This document shows positions 17,846-28,533 of a DNA stretch of 64,000 nt, in pieces (the first letter of the stretch is position 1; each line of letters begins with the position of its first letter). The notes below the pieces were generated by a model. The model was not told the DNA's origin. It did not search any database and saw only the letters and a list, made by a program, of their open reading frames with translations. Origin of the DNA: Myxococcales bacterium (GTDB lineage Bacteria > Myxococcota_A > Polyangia > Polyangiales > Polyangiaceae); assembly GCA_043747615.1 (NCBI GenBank), contig JAYTOU010000044.1:25754-89753 (forward strand). Direction: 5' to 3'. Both the position numbers and the translations under genes were made by a program.

Positions 17846-18451
17846 ATGGCCGTCGCAACCCACATTCTTCGACGCGTTCGTGGGCAGGGGCGCGGGGTCG
17901 TCTTCACCGCGCAAGACTTCCTCGACTTGGGTTCGCGAGCCGCCGTGGATCAGGCGCTCGCACGTCTTGCGCGTAGCGGCCGGGTTCGGCGAGTTGACCG
18001 CGGAGTTTATGACCTACCGCGCAGCCATCCCAAGGTCGGCGCCATGTGGCCTTCAGCCGATGCGGTTGCTCAAGCTGTCGCGAAACAAACGGACAGCCAT
18101 CTGCAAGTCTCTGGGGCTGCAGCGGCGAATGCCCTCGGACTGAGTACGCAGGTTCCTGCCCAGGTCGAGTACCTGACGGACGGGCCCTCGCGAAACGTTC
18201 ATGTCGGCAAGCTCGTCGTTCACTTGAAGCACGCCGGACGCGTTGACATGCTCCTACCGAAGACGCGGGCAGGAATGACGATCGTCGCCCTCAAGCATTT
18301 GGGACGCGACACCGCAACGATGGGCGTCCTTCAGCGCATCGCCGCGTCGTTGAACGACACAGACAGGAAGCAGCTCCGCGGCGTTCGTGCGCAGTTGCCG
18401 GGATGGCTCGGTTCTGCAGTTGACCAGCTCGTTGCGGGTGCGGGCGCTTGA
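17846..18451 (+). CDS. AbiEi-type antitoxin / transcriptional regulator (DUF6088 family)
   Basis: VFTAQDFLDLGSRAAVDQALARL...RGVY, GAAAANALGLSTQVP, YLTDGPSR. Confidence 0.9.
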   Translation: MAVATHILRRVRGQGRGVVFTAQDFLDLGSRAAVDQALARLARSGRVRRVDRGVYDLPRSHPKVGAMWPSADAVAQAVAKQTDSHLQVSGAAAANALGLSTQVPAQVEYLTDGPSRNVHVGKLVVHLKHAGRVDMLLPKTRAGMTIVALKHLGRDTATMGVLQRIAASLNDTDRKQLRGVRAQLPGWLGSAVDQLVAGAGA

Positions 18452-19476
18452 CCATCTTCGAGGACTCGGTCGAGCGAGAGGCACTCGTCAACGACGTCGC
18501 CGGTCGATTGGGCGTCGCGGCGTGGGTGATCGAGAAGGACCTTTGGGTTTGCTGGACCCTCGCTAGGCTGATCGAGATCGCCGAGATTCCTCAACTCACG
18601 TTCAAGGGCGGAACCTCGCTCTCGAAGGTGCACGGTCTCATCGATCGTTTCTCGGAGGACATCGACCTCACCTTTTCCAGGGAGGGCTGGGGCTTCGATG
18701 GCGAGCGAGATCCGTTTCACGTCGGCCTGAGTGGGAAGAAGCGCGAAGGCCTCGTTCGCGAAATCGGCGAGCGTTCTGCGACGGTCGTTCGCGACATCGT
18801 CATCCCGGGTCTGCGCGCGATATGCGCTCGTGCGATCGGACGATCGGGCTGGTCCGTCGAGCTCGACTCGGACGACCCTCAAGCCGTCCTCTTCACGTTC
18901 CCAGATCCAACGGCCACGTACGGATATGGCCAGCCCCAAGTGAAGATCGAGTTCGGTGCGCGTGGAGATCCATGGCCGACTTCACGCAAAACCATCTCTC
19001 CCTACGTCGAGGAGGCGCACTCGGGCACTGCGCCTTCGGCCATCGTGGAGGTCACCGCGTTGGATGCGGAACGGACCTTCTGGGAGAAGGTGACGCTCCT
19101 TCACGCTCTCCACCACGGAACCCTCGCGAAAGCGGACAAGGGCGTCCACCGGCTCTCTCGCCACATCTACGACGTGCACCGAATCTGGAACGCAACCGCG
19201 TTGAGAGCGCGGATCGTCGCAGACCGCGCGCTCCTGCGATCCGTCGTGCACAACAAGCAGATCTTCTTTAGGGAAACGAAGGCGCGGTACGAGATGGTCG
19301 CGCTGCTCGATCTCAATTGCGCGCCACACGAAGCTCTCGAGAAGGCGATGCGAGAGGACTTCGTGGCGATGGAATCGATGTTCTTTCCCGGCTCCCCGGT
19401 CCCGGCGTTCGAGGACACACTCACGACGCTCCGCGAAATCGAGCAGATGGTCAGAGCTTGGAAGCCGGCGCCGTGA
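18448..19476 (+). CDS. AbiEii/AbiGii nucleotidyltransferase toxin (type IV TA)
   Basis: IEKDLWVCWTL, FKGGTSLSK, RFSEDIDL, ERTFWEK, SRHIYD; overlaps the antitoxin stop. Confidence 0.95.
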   Translation: MTIFEDSVEREALVNDVAGRLGVAAWVIEKDLWVCWTLARLIEIAEIPQLTFKGGTSLSKVHGLIDRFSEDIDLTFSREGWGFDGERDPFHVGLSGKKREGLVREIGERSATVVRDIVIPGLRAICARAIGRSGWSVELDSDDPQAVLFTFPDPTATYGYGQPQVKIEFGARGDPWPTSRKTISPYVEEAHSGTAPSAIVEVTALDAERTFWEKVTLLHALHHGTLAKADKGVHRLSRHIYDVHRIWNATALRARIVADRALLRSVVHNKQIFFRETKARYEMVALLDLNCAPHEALEKAMREDFVAMESMFFPGSPVPAFEDTLTTLREIEQMVRAWKPAP

Positions 19477-19534
19477 GCTTACGCGGCCCACTTTGCGGGC
19501 GACGTGGTTGGCCGCATGATCGAGCCCTCCGATA

Positions 19535-20947
19535 ATGCGTGTGAAACGCGAGAAGCTCTACTCAGAAGTCTGGGCAGAACCCTCGCTCACCGTCGCGAAG
19601 CGGTACAACGTGTCTTCCAGCTACCTCGGGCGCGTCTGCGAGCGCCTTGATATCCCGCGTCCCCCACGCGGCTTCTGGGCGCAGCGGGCGGCCGGAATCG
19701 AATTCGAGCAACCGGCACTTCCGGACGCCGAGCCGGGCGCCGAGATCGAGTGGGTACGCGACGGCTCCGAGCCTCAGCGACAACCGATGTCGGCAACCGC
19801 ATCGCGTGCACGCCGGAGACAAACCCTTCAGGACAAGCACCCGCTCTTGGTCGGAGCTCGCGCGCATTTCGACCACGCGCGCGAGTCCTGCGACGAACAG
19901 TACGTAAGACCTTACAAGCGAAATCTTGTCGACGTGTTCGTCTCGAAGGACGCGCTCGAACGCGCGCTCAAGATGGCGAGCGATCTGTTTCGAGCGCTAG
20001 AGGATCGGGGGCAGCGAGTGATGCTCGCCCCCTCCGGCGCGCGCTACGGCCACACGAACGTCGAAGTCCGTGAGGGGCACAAGGGGGGCGAGCACGACTA
20101 CAACTACTACTCGTCCGGACGATGGAGTCCGGCCCAGCCGACCGTCACCCTCGTCGGCGACGTTGCAATCGGCCTCACAATCTTCGAGGTGAGCGAGGAG
20201 GCGGAGGTCCGCTACGACTCGAATCTCCACAAGTACGTTCGCGTCGGACCGGCGAAACCGAAGGCGGATAAGAGGACGGCGCGGGGCCTTCCCCTGTCCC
20301 CTCACGAGTGGACGACGAAGCACTGGGTTCCGAGCGGGCGCCTCGGTCTGCATGCCTACGCGGCGAGCCCGGGGATCACGTGGGCACGCTATTGGCGCGA
20401 GGCGAAGCCGGGCGAGCTCCCCGGTTCCTTCGAGGCGATCGCGAAGGAGTTGGAGCAAGCCGCGCCGGCGATCGTGAAGCTGATTGAGCAACGTGAACGA
20501 GAGGCCGTGGAGTGGCGTCGCAAGTGCGAGGTGGAGCGCCTCGAGCGCGAACGCAAGGACGCAGAGAGGCATCGGATCGAACGGGAAGCCCGACGAGAGA
20601 AGGAGCTCCACGAGCAAGTAGGCAACTGGCGCTTCGCGCGTGATATTCGCGCGTACGTCGCGGAGGTGCATGCACTCGTGACGGACGCCGAAATGACGAT
20701 CACCGACGGAAGCGACACCGACGACGAGCTCAAGTGGGCGCTCAAGTACGCCGACGGGATTGATCCCCTTTCGTCGTGGCGGCGGGACATCGCCCAGGTG
20801 AGGGCTGAGCGGGCGACCGGCGAGCCATGTGCGAAGTGCGGGGAACGGCATAGACCACGGGCGGAGGGGAACGGTGAGACGTCGAGACACCGACACTATC
20901 GAAGCCCAGCGTGCGCGCGATCAGGCGAAGCTCGATATCGCCCGTGA
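19535..20947 (+). CDS. Island-associated hypothetical protein with N-terminal HTH; 3' end probably fused to the YhaN remnant
   Basis: REKLYSEVWAEP...VAKRYNVSS..L..VCERLDIPRPPRGFWA motif and a C-terminal coiled coil. Confidence 0.75.
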   Translation: MRVKREKLYSEVWAEPSLTVAKRYNVSSSYLGRVCERLDIPRPPRGFWAQRAAGIEFEQPALPDAEPGAEIEWVRDGSEPQRQPMSATASRARRRQTLQDKHPLLVGARAHFDHARESCDEQYVRPYKRNLVDVFVSKDALERALKMASDLFRALEDRGQRVMLAPSGARYGHTNVEVREGHKGGEHDYNYYSSGRWSPAQPTVTLVGDVAIGLTIFEVSEEAEVRYDSNLHKYVRVGPAKPKADKRTARGLPLSPHEWTTKHWVPSGRLGLHAYAASPGITWARYWREAKPGELPGSFEAIAKELEQAAPAIVKLIEQREREAVEWRRKCEVERLERERKDAERHRIEREARREKELHEQVGNWRFARDIRAYVAEVHALVTDAEMTITDGSDTDDELKWALKYADGIDPLSSWRRDIAQVRAERATGEPCAKCGERHRPRAEGNGETSRHRHYRSPACARSGEARYRP

Positions 20948-22194
20948 GCGGCAGGTCAAACTTGCGAGCGACGCGGAGCACTGGCGGGAAGGCTGGAGCG
21001 CGATGACCCTCGCGTTCGGGCTTGGCGCCGATCTCTCGGTGGCCGTTGCAAGGCAGATCTTGAACGAGCTCATTGTCCTACGGCGCGAGCTTCTGCGCGA
21101 TGAGGTCGCTCTCCGCGACCGCATCGAGAAGATGACGGACGACATGACGCGATACGAGGGCGAATGCGAGGCTGTCCGGAGCGCGCATGCGCCCACGACG
21201 GCCGGCGACGTCTCGGCGGTCGTCGAGGAGATGCATCGGCGGTTGGGCGCGACGCGTGATGCGGTCCGGGTCAATCAAGATCGCAAGAAGAGTCTCGCCA
21301 AGACGGAGAAGGATCTCGCGGACGCGCGGCTGTCACTCGCAGACGCGATCGCGTCGCTTGCTCACCTGCGCAAGCTGGCGTGTGCCGAGACCGATGCTGA
21401 TTTTTCTCGAATCGCCGAAGACGTCGCCCGAGCCGCCACGCTGGGCCAGACGAGCGCCGAGAAGGAACGCATCCTTCGCCGTGCCCGAGGTGCGTGGTCC
21501 TACGAGGAATACGTCGCACAGTTCGGTCGTGATCAAACCTCCCTAGAGGTCGACGTCGAGCGATGGCAGCGCGACGCCGAATCCCATGACGCGGAGGCGA
21601 AGACGCTCGAGCAAGAAGTCTGGCTCGAGCAACAGAAGCTCGCGGAGATGGACGGCGGCGCTGCCGCTGCAGAATCGCAAAGCGCGATCGAGGCCGAGCG
21701 TGCCGCGCTCCGCGAGGACAGCGATCGCTATGCGATTGTGGCGATGGCTGAAGAGATTCTTCGCGGATCCATCCAGCGTTTCGAACGTGATCATCAGCCC
21801 CGCGCTCCTCGAAGCTACGTCGAAGATTTTCTCGCAGATGACGAGTGGGCGTTTCCTGCGCGTTCAGCGCAGCCTCGACGGAGATCTCTTCGTTGTGCGC
21901 GCCGACGATGCGCAGCTCGGGACCGAAGCGCTTTCCACGGGCACGCGCGAGCAGCTCTATCTCGCAATACGTCTCGCGTACATCGAGCACTACAGCCAGT
22001 CCGCAGAGGCGTTGCCGATCGTCCTGGACGACGTGCTCGTCAACTTCGACGACGCACGGGCCACAGCGACGATCGCCGCGCTGGCGTCTTTCGCCGAGCG
22101 CTCGCAGGTCGTGCTGTTTACTTGCCACAAGCACGTGGTCGCACTCGCTGAAGCAGCAGCGATGGACATCGCCCTCATCGAACTTCAGAGCTGA
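20880..22194 (+). pseudogene. YhaN-like (SMC/Rad50-type) ATPase, C-terminal fragment with frameshift
   Basis: Coiled coil, then LSTGTREQLYLAIRLA, PIVLDDVLVNFD, FTCH. The frame changes at CAGCCCCGCG near 21800, and no Walker A N-terminus is present. Confidence 0.8.
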
Positions 22195-22376
22195 TGCGCG
22201 GCCATTCACGAGCACCTATCTTGGAGGGCCGCTCAGATACCGGGGCCGTCACGGGAATGGTCCTCGTGGAACTCGGCAGGATTCGACGAGCGCGTTCTCG
22301 TGATGGATCTCTGGGTCGACCTTCGGAGCGTGCGTGGACCGGTGAGACGGGGCTGTAGCCGATCCACTCGTCGCGG

Positions 22377-22949
22377 ATGGCGATCCTCTTCGTGCCGGAG
22401 GCGCTCGCCATCATCAAGAAGCTCCCCGTCGAAGCGCGGAAGTGGCAGGGGCGGAAGCGCACGCCGCGCGCATTCTTCACAGTCCTCTGGGAGACCGGCC
22501 TTGGACCAACGACGGTGCATCAGATCGAAGTCGGACGTCACTACGTCAAGGGCTCGAGCGACCTCACCATCACGGCCGAGATCGACAAGGCGCGGTACGA
22601 CCGCGTGGTCGGCCTCACCAAAGCGGCCACCGCGGCGCTCGACTCGGTCTGCCCGAAGGCAGGCGTCATCTTTCCGAAGACGGACTACCGGAAGACGCTG
22701 ACGAAAGCGGCGAAGGAAGCCGGCATCCCCGAAGAGAAAGTCGTGCACTTCACGAAGTACGACTTCCGCCACGCACGCATCACCGATGTCATCGACGCCA
22801 CGGGCGACATGACCGGCGTCGCGTACATGGCGGGCCACAAACTGCTGTCCACCACGGACAAGTACGCCCACCCGAGCCGACGCGCCGGCGATCGGGTGAT
22901 CGCCCGGCTTTCGGGTGCGCGGACCCAAAAAAGAGAGGCAAAAAAGTGA
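22377..22949 (+). pseudogene. Tyrosine recombinase/integrase catalytic-domain fragment
   Basis: WETGLGP (first catalytic Arg reads Gly), DFRHARIT, AGHK, TTDKY; N-terminal domains absent. Confidence 0.75.
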
Positions 22950-22996
22950 CTAAGAAAACTTACCGAAACCGACGGAATCAAAGGACTTTTGACTCA

Positions 22997-23072
<76 letters not shown>

Positions 23073-23210
23073 AACAACCTCGATGTGTACTGCGATCGAG
23101 ACGCGCGGGAAACTAGTCGTTCCAGCGGCGATCGCAAGACCTAACCCGCGCCATGGTAAACCGGTTCCGCCGTGGCCACGAAGTCCGCGCCCGCGCGCGC
23201 TCTTGATCAC

Positions 23211-23573
23211 CTACGGAAAGAGCGTCGTGTAGGCGTCGGGCGTGAAGCCGACGAGGACGTCTTTTCCCTTCACGAGCACGGGACGCTTCACGAGCTTCCC
23301 GTCTGCGGCGAGCCACTTCACGAGCTCCGCATCGCTCGCGGCGGCTACGCGTTCTTTACCGAGCGCGCGGTAGCTTTGGCCGCTGATGTTCAGCCATTTG
23401 CGCACGCCTAGCCCACTCGCGGCAATCCACGCCGTGAGCTCGGAGGCGGTCGGAGGCTGCTCGACGATCGGCCGCACGGTCGCCGCGACCCCCTTTTTTT
23501 TTAGCCACGTCAGCGCATTTTTGCAGGTCGTGCAGCCTGCGTACGCGAGGACCAACACTTCGTTCTTCGGCAT
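23211..23573 (-). CDS. ArsC/Spx/MgsR (YffB-like) family protein
   Basis: YAGCTTCKNA, LVKRPVL, VGF. Confidence 0.9.
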   Translation of the reverse strand: MPKNEVLVLAYAGCTTCKNALTWLKKKGVAATVRPIVEQPPTASELTAWIAASGLGVRKWLNISGQSYRALGKERVAAASDAELVKWLAADGKLVKRPVLVKGKDVLVGFTPDAYTTLFP

Positions 23574-23654
23574 CGGACATCTCTCCTAGCAGACGACCGC
23601 GACGCGGCGCAGCGGGATCCCATGTGGCCGCTTACGGCCTGCCTCTGCTCACCC

Positions 23655-24530
23655 TCAACGTTGCTCGGCCATCTTGGCTAGCTCGGCCACGAGGCTCGCG
23701 CTGTCCGCCTGCTCGCCGACCATGAAGATACGTGCATATTGCACGCTCTCTCCCGGGGCCAACGTGACGTCGTGCCGCTGAAACGTGCAGGTCACCGATC
23801 CGGCGGTGACGCCTTCGATTTCGCCGTCGGCAGAGGCGAGGGCATAGCTCGTGGCGCTCCCGATCGCGCCGACGAACGGTCCCTTCGATGGTCCGCTGAA
23901 ACCAGGGGATTTACCGGGCACGAACGGTTGGACACCCCATGCGACGACGTCGCCGAGCGACAACTTTTCGGTGGGACGATTGCCTTCGTTTTTGAGCTCG
24001 GTCTCGATCATCACAGCACGATCCGGAGCTCCGAGCGTGTAGCGCGTCCGCACGCGAAGAGTCCGTTCGTTGTGTCCCTCGACGAGGATCCACGCCGCAC
24101 CCTCTTGCGTCGCTCCGCTCTCTACGTTTTCGTACGCGACGCGCAGCGAGGTCGCGACGGCGCGCTCGAGCTCATCGACCCGCGTGCGTGCATCGGCGGC
24201 GTCTACCAGGCTCGCGCCCGTGCGCTCGATCACGAAGACCACATAGTCGTTCTCGAGCATGAGATCGCCGGGTCGTGCGGCCGCGCGCTCCCCGCCGAGC
24301 TCTTCGCCAGCGAGCATGGTGTGAACGCGTGCAGAACGCACGGATGGCGCGCGTGCCTTCTCCGCCGCGGCGGCCCTTGCCTCCGGCCGATACGTCGCCA
24401 TCCAGAGAGCGCGCGCGGCGATCCCTGGGGCCACCCGGATCTGCGGCGTGAAGTCGTCGTCTTTCCTCGGGCATCCAGCGAGGCCGAGCGTGAGCGCCGC
24501 GAGGGCTGCAAGCACCGTCTTTTTCCGCAT
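23655..24530 (-). CDS. Hypothetical lipoprotein
   Basis: MRKKTVLAALAALTLGLAGC lipobox; beta-rich body. Confidence 0.75.
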   Translation of the reverse strand: MRKKTVLAALAALTLGLAGCPRKDDDFTPQIRVAPGIAARALWMATYRPEARAAAAEKARAPSVRSARVHTMLAGEELGGERAAARPGDLMLENDYVVFVIERTGASLVDAADARTRVDELERAVATSLRVAYENVESGATQEGAAWILVEGHNERTLRVRTRYTLGAPDRAVMIETELKNEGNRPTEKLSLGDVVAWGVQPFVPGKSPGFSGPSKGPFVGAIGSATSYALASADGEIEGVTAGSVTCTFQRHDVTLAPGESVQYARIFMVGEQADSASLVAELAKMAEQR

Positions 24531-24567
24531 CGAAGGTAAGACGGCGACGACGCTCGCTCCTTGGATG

Positions 24568-25734
24568 TCATCCCCAACCAGCGACCAAAAAACGCGCCAG
24601 CGCCTGGGCTTTGGGAACGAGGGAGGCCACTTCGATCTGCTCGTCCTTGGTGTGGAAGCCAACGCCGCGCGGACCGAGCCCGTCGATTGAAGCGATCCCC
24701 ATCGTGCTCGTCGTGCTTGCATCCGAGCCCCCGCCGATGAGAGGAGCCTCTCCGCCACCGAGCCCCGAGGCCACCGCGCACGCTGCGTACGCTGCGAGGA
24801 GTGCGGCGCTTTCGTCGCTCCGCTCGAGAGGAAAACGGGCGATGCCGCCTTCGAGGGTGATGCTTGCCCCCGTCATTCCAGCGCACGCCGCAGTCATCGC
24901 TTCCCGCAGACGCTCGACGAGTCGCTCGCCGTCGAGCGTCGTGCAAAAGCGAATGTCGAGGAGCGCTTCGGCCTCGTGAGGCACGGTATTTTTTCCCTGC
25001 CCGCCCGTGAATTTGCCGACGTTCACGGTCACGCCGCGATCGTAGTCGGTGAGCTTCTGCGCTAGATCAACGAAGCGCGCGAGCGCCCAGATCGCGTTCA
25101 CGCCGTCGCGATGGTTCGCCCCTGCATGTGCCGCTTTTCCCGTGGCGCGCATGGTGATCCCGCCCGTGCCTTTGCGGCGGGTGATGATGCGATCTTCCTT
25201 GCGACCCGCTTCGAAGACGAGCGCTGCGCTTGCTCCGCGCGCGATCTCCTGGATGATCTTCTGACCTTCCGGCGAGCCCACCTCTTCGTCGGCCACGATG
25301 ATCAACCGCACCGGCGCAATCATCCCCAGCCCCATCGTCTCTGCGATCGCGCGCAGAGCCGTGGCCACGACCACCAAACCGCCCTTCATGTCGAGCACCC
25401 CGGGCCCGCGCGCGAGATCGCCGTCGCGATGAAAGCCTTCGAAGGTGCCCGGTGGAAAGACGGTGTCGAGGTGCCCGACGAGCGCGATCGGCCGCTTTTC
25501 GGTCTTTGGTTTGGTCGAAAAAATAAGGTGATCGGCGAATCGCGCGCTCGGACGAATTTCGCAATCGAGTCCGGCGATCGCGAGAGCGTCGGCCTGGAGG
25601 AGCGCTCCCACCTCACGTCCACCCGCGACGTTCTCCGTGAACGAATTCACGGACACGAGACGCGCAATGGCCTCCTCCATCGCTGGCTGTTTGTCGGCAA
25701 GCCACTGAACCGTGTCGTCGACCGTCATCGTCAT
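24568..25734 (-). CDS. M20 family metallopeptidase (glutamate carboxypeptidase-like)
   Basis: GHLDTVF, GPGVLDMKGG, DEEVGS, GGSDA, HTKDE. Confidence 0.93.
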   Translation of the reverse strand: MTMTVDDTVQWLADKQPAMEEAIARLVSVNSFTENVAGGREVGALLQADALAIAGLDCEIRPSARFADHLIFSTKPKTEKRPIALVGHLDTVFPPGTFEGFHRDGDLARGPGVLDMKGGLVVVATALRAIAETMGLGMIAPVRLIIVADEEVGSPEGQKIIQEIARGASAALVFEAGRKEDRIITRRKGTGGITMRATGKAAHAGANHRDGVNAIWALARFVDLAQKLTDYDRGVTVNVGKFTGGQGKNTVPHEAEALLDIRFCTTLDGERLVERLREAMTAACAGMTGASITLEGGIARFPLERSDESAALLAAYAACAVASGLGGGEAPLIGGGSDASTTSTMGIASIDGLGPRGVGFHTKDEQIEVASLVPKAQALARFLVAGWG

Positions 25735-25771
25735 GGAGTGTCATCGTACCCCGTGTTACCGCTCCAGGGAC

Positions 25772-27451
25772 ATGACGGCGGAAGAAGACCCGTTTCTCTG
25801 GGTGGGCCAGACGATCGACGGCAAATACGAGGTCCAATCGCGCGTGGGCGAAGGAGGCTTTGCCGTCGTGTACCGCTGCCTTCACCGCGGCTTCAACGAA
25901 ATTTGCGCAGTAAAAGCACTGAAAATTCCGAAGAAGCTGCAAGGAGACACGAGAGAAAAGTTCCTCGAGTCCTTCACCGCCGAGGGCAAGCTCTTGCATC
26001 AGCTGTCGCGCGCGAACGCTTCCATCGTCCAAGCGCTCGACGTGGGTGCGGCGATTTCGCCTAACGGAACGTGGACGCCGTACATAGTCCTCGAGTGGCT
26101 CGACGGCCTCACCCTGGAAGACGATCTGCGCTCTCGAAAAAAAGACGGCGTGGGCGGTCGGACCATGGCCGAAGCACTGACGATGCTCGAGCCCGCGGCG
26201 AGCGCTCTTGGAACCGCGCACGCGCAGAGCATCGCGCACCGTGACGTGAAGCCGGCAAATTTGTTTCTCGCCACGGTCGGTGGAAAGCGCGCGCTCAAGG
26301 TGCTCGACTTCGGCATCGCGAAGGTGCTGAGTGAGCCCGACGTAGCGCTTGCTTTCGAGGCAACGGGAGCGTCGTTGCAAGCCTTCACGCCTCGCTACGG
26401 TGCGCCCGAGCAGTTCGATCGCCGCTTCGGTGCGACCGGCCCTTGGACCGACGTGTTCGCGCTTGCTCTCATCGTCGTCGAGGTGGTCTCTGGTAAGAGC
26501 GCGCTCGAAGGAGACACGCCACAGCTCTTCGTCGCCTCGAGCAACATCCAGCACCGGCCGACGCTCCGCGCAAGCGGCGTCGACGAAGGCGCCGCGGTCG
26601 AGGCGGTCTTGAGCCGCGCTCTCGCCGTGGATCCGAAAGAACGCTACCCGAGCGCCACGGCGTTCTGGAGCGCGCTCGTGCACGCGGCGACGACCGGGGA
26701 CACGGTCCTCTCCACGCGCGAGGCTGCCGCATCGTCGACCCCACGGACGGTCCGCGAAGGGCGCGCGCCAGTCCGCGTCGGGTCCGCTGAGGTGCCTGAA
26801 AAGTTGCCCGAAGCGGCTGCGACAGCGGTGCCGGCCCAGCCTCATCCATCGCGGACGAAGGAAATCGTCGCCGTGGTCCTCTCCCTCGCGCTCGGCGCAG
26901 GCGCGTACTACGCGAGCACGTTGAATCACGAGACGAGGAAGCCAGTCATCGTAACGACGCCGTCGTCCGTGCCGAGCGCGGTGCCTTCCGCTCCGCCGGT
27001 CGCGAGCGATCCGACAATCTCTGCTGCCGCGCCCGGATTCAAGCGCTACGTCAATGCGCGCTACGGCTTCATCCTCGACGTTCCCGACGAAGCCGTGCCG
27101 AGCGTAGAGCAGCCGAACGAAGCCGGCCGTTCCTTCACCGCCAAGGACATCGAGATCAGCGTCGTCGGGGATTCCCTCCGCGCCTCGGGCAAAACTCTGG
27201 ACGGCCTGTTTGAAGAGGCGAGCAAGCCGGACAAGAATCCGGAGGGGCGGTGGGGCGCACCCGTTCGCGAGACCGCGGGGTTCTATTTCGACGGACGCTT
27301 CGGAGACAAATCGCTCTACGAAAAAACCAGCGCAAGTGGTGATCGCGTGGCCAGCCTACACATCCTCTACGCCGCAGATGCCGTCTTCGCGCCGAAGCTC
27401 GCGCATACGGAGAAATCGCTCTCGTTCGTCAGCGCGCCGGGGGACCGCTGA
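25772..27451 (+). CDS. Membrane-anchored Ser/Thr protein kinase
   Basis: GEGGFAVVY, AVK, HRDVKPAN, DFG, APE, then a TM and an extracytoplasmic domain. Confidence 0.95.
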   Translation: MTAEEDPFLWVGQTIDGKYEVQSRVGEGGFAVVYRCLHRGFNEICAVKALKIPKKLQGDTREKFLESFTAEGKLLHQLSRANASIVQALDVGAAISPNGTWTPYIVLEWLDGLTLEDDLRSRKKDGVGGRTMAEALTMLEPAASALGTAHAQSIAHRDVKPANLFLATVGGKRALKVLDFGIAKVLSEPDVALAFEATGASLQAFTPRYGAPEQFDRRFGATGPWTDVFALALIVVEVVSGKSALEGDTPQLFVASSNIQHRPTLRASGVDEGAAVEAVLSRALAVDPKERYPSATAFWSALVHAATTGDTVLSTREAAASSTPRTVREGRAPVRVGSAEVPEKLPEAAATAVPAQPHPSRTKEIVAVVLSLALGAGAYYASTLNHETRKPVIVTTPSSVPSAVPSAPPVASDPTISAAAPGFKRYVNARYGFILDVPDEAVPSVEQPNEAGRSFTAKDIEISVVGDSLRASGKTLDGLFEEASKPDKNPEGRWGAPVRETAGFYFDGRFGDKSLYEKTSASGDRVASLHILYAADAVFAPKLAHTEKSLSFVSAPGDR

Positions 27452-27477
27452 GGGCGTTTTTGAGGTAGGCTCGCGCC

Positions 27478-28533
27478 ATGGCGAAGCGCTTCAAAGCCGC
27501 GGTGATCGGCGGCAGCGGGTACGGCGGTGCAGAGCTGATTCGACGACTCCTCGCTCACCCGGAGGTCGAGCTAGCGCGCGTCGCTTCGGTCGACTTCGTG
27601 GGCGAGCCGCTCTCGCACGCGCACCCAAATCTCGAGGGGCAGACCAACCTCCGCTTCGAAGGGCTCTCCCCCGCCGAAGCGGCGAAGGACATGGACGTAG
27701 TCCTGCTCGGGCTCCCCCACAAAGTGAGCGCGCTGAAGATGCCGGAGCTGATGGCCACCGGCGCGAAGGTGGTGGACCTCTCGGGTGACTTTCGTCTGCG
27801 CGACAAAGACACGTACAAGAAATACTACGGCGCCGATCACCCCTACCCCAACTTGCTCACCGGCACGTTCGTCTACGGGCTCCCGGAGCTCAATCGTGAG
27901 GCCATTCGCAGCGCGCGCTACGTAGCCTCCCCGGGCTGTTTTGCGACGACCATCGAGCTTGCGCTTCTCCCGCTCGCACGCGCGGGCCTCCTGGAAGGCG
28001 CGGTCGAAGTGGTCGGCATCACCGGCTCGTCGGGGAGCGGCGTCGTCCCCAGCGCGGGCACGCATCATCCCGTTCGCGCAAGTAACCTCCGTACATACAA
28101 ACCGCTCGATCACCAGCACGTCCCGGAAATCCTGCTCATTCTCGGGGACGCGGGAGCGAAGGAGCTCGCGCTCCGCTTCGTGCCGGTGAGCGCGCCGCTT
28201 GCCCGCGGCATCTTCGCGACGTGCTTTGCGCACGTAAAAGAAAGCGTGAGCGCCGATCAGATCCGCTCGCTGTACACCGAGGGATACGCAAGGGAGCCCT
28301 TCGTCCGCGTGCCGGCGAAGCGTTTGCCAGAGGTCGCCGCGGTGAGCGGAACGAACTACGCCGAGATCGGCGTGCATGCAGGCGACGTCACCGACGGGAG
28401 GCGCGTCATCGCGTGCTTCGCGGCAACGGACAATCTCATCAAGGGCGGCGCAGGTCAGGCCATTCAATCGATGAACCTGATGCTCGGTCTCGACGAGCGG
28501 CTGACCCTCGAAGACCCGGGTGGCTGGCCTTGA
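27478..28533 (+). CDS. argC: N-acetyl-gamma-glutamyl-phosphate reductase
   Basis: GGSGYGG, DLSGDFR, PGCF, DNLIKGGAGQA. Confidence 0.96.
   Translation: MAKRFKAAVIGGSGYGGAELIRRLLAHPEVELARVASVDFVGEPLSHAHPNLEGQTNLRFEGLSPAEAAKDMDVVLLGLPHKVSALKMPELMATGAKVVDLSGDFRLRDKDTYKKYYGADHPYPNLLTGTFVYGLPELNREAIRSARYVASPGCFATTIELALLPLARAGLLEGAVEVVGITGSSGSGVVPSAGTHHPVRASNLRTYKPLDHQHVPEILLILGDAGAKELALRFVPVSAPLARGIFATCFAHVKESVSADQIRSLYTEGYAREPFVRVPAKRLPEVAAVSGTNYAEIGVHAGDVTDGRRVIACFAATDNLIKGGAGQAIQSMNLMLGLDERLTLEDPGGWP

Noticed and set aside
16813..22194. Wadjet (JetABCD) system
   Set aside because: No jetA or jetB, the SMC-like fragment is YhaN-type and broken, and the TOPRIM gene lacks the JetD N-terminal domain.
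22272..22286. GGCAGGATTCGA resembling the tRNA-Pro T-arm, as a possible att duplicate
   Set aside because: Only about 9 matching bases; not a convincing direct repeat.
23489..23502. A9-G5 run (A AAA AAG slippery motif) in the arsC-like gene
   Set aside because: The gene is complete in one frame; the run simply encodes LKKKG, and I saw no useful shifted product.
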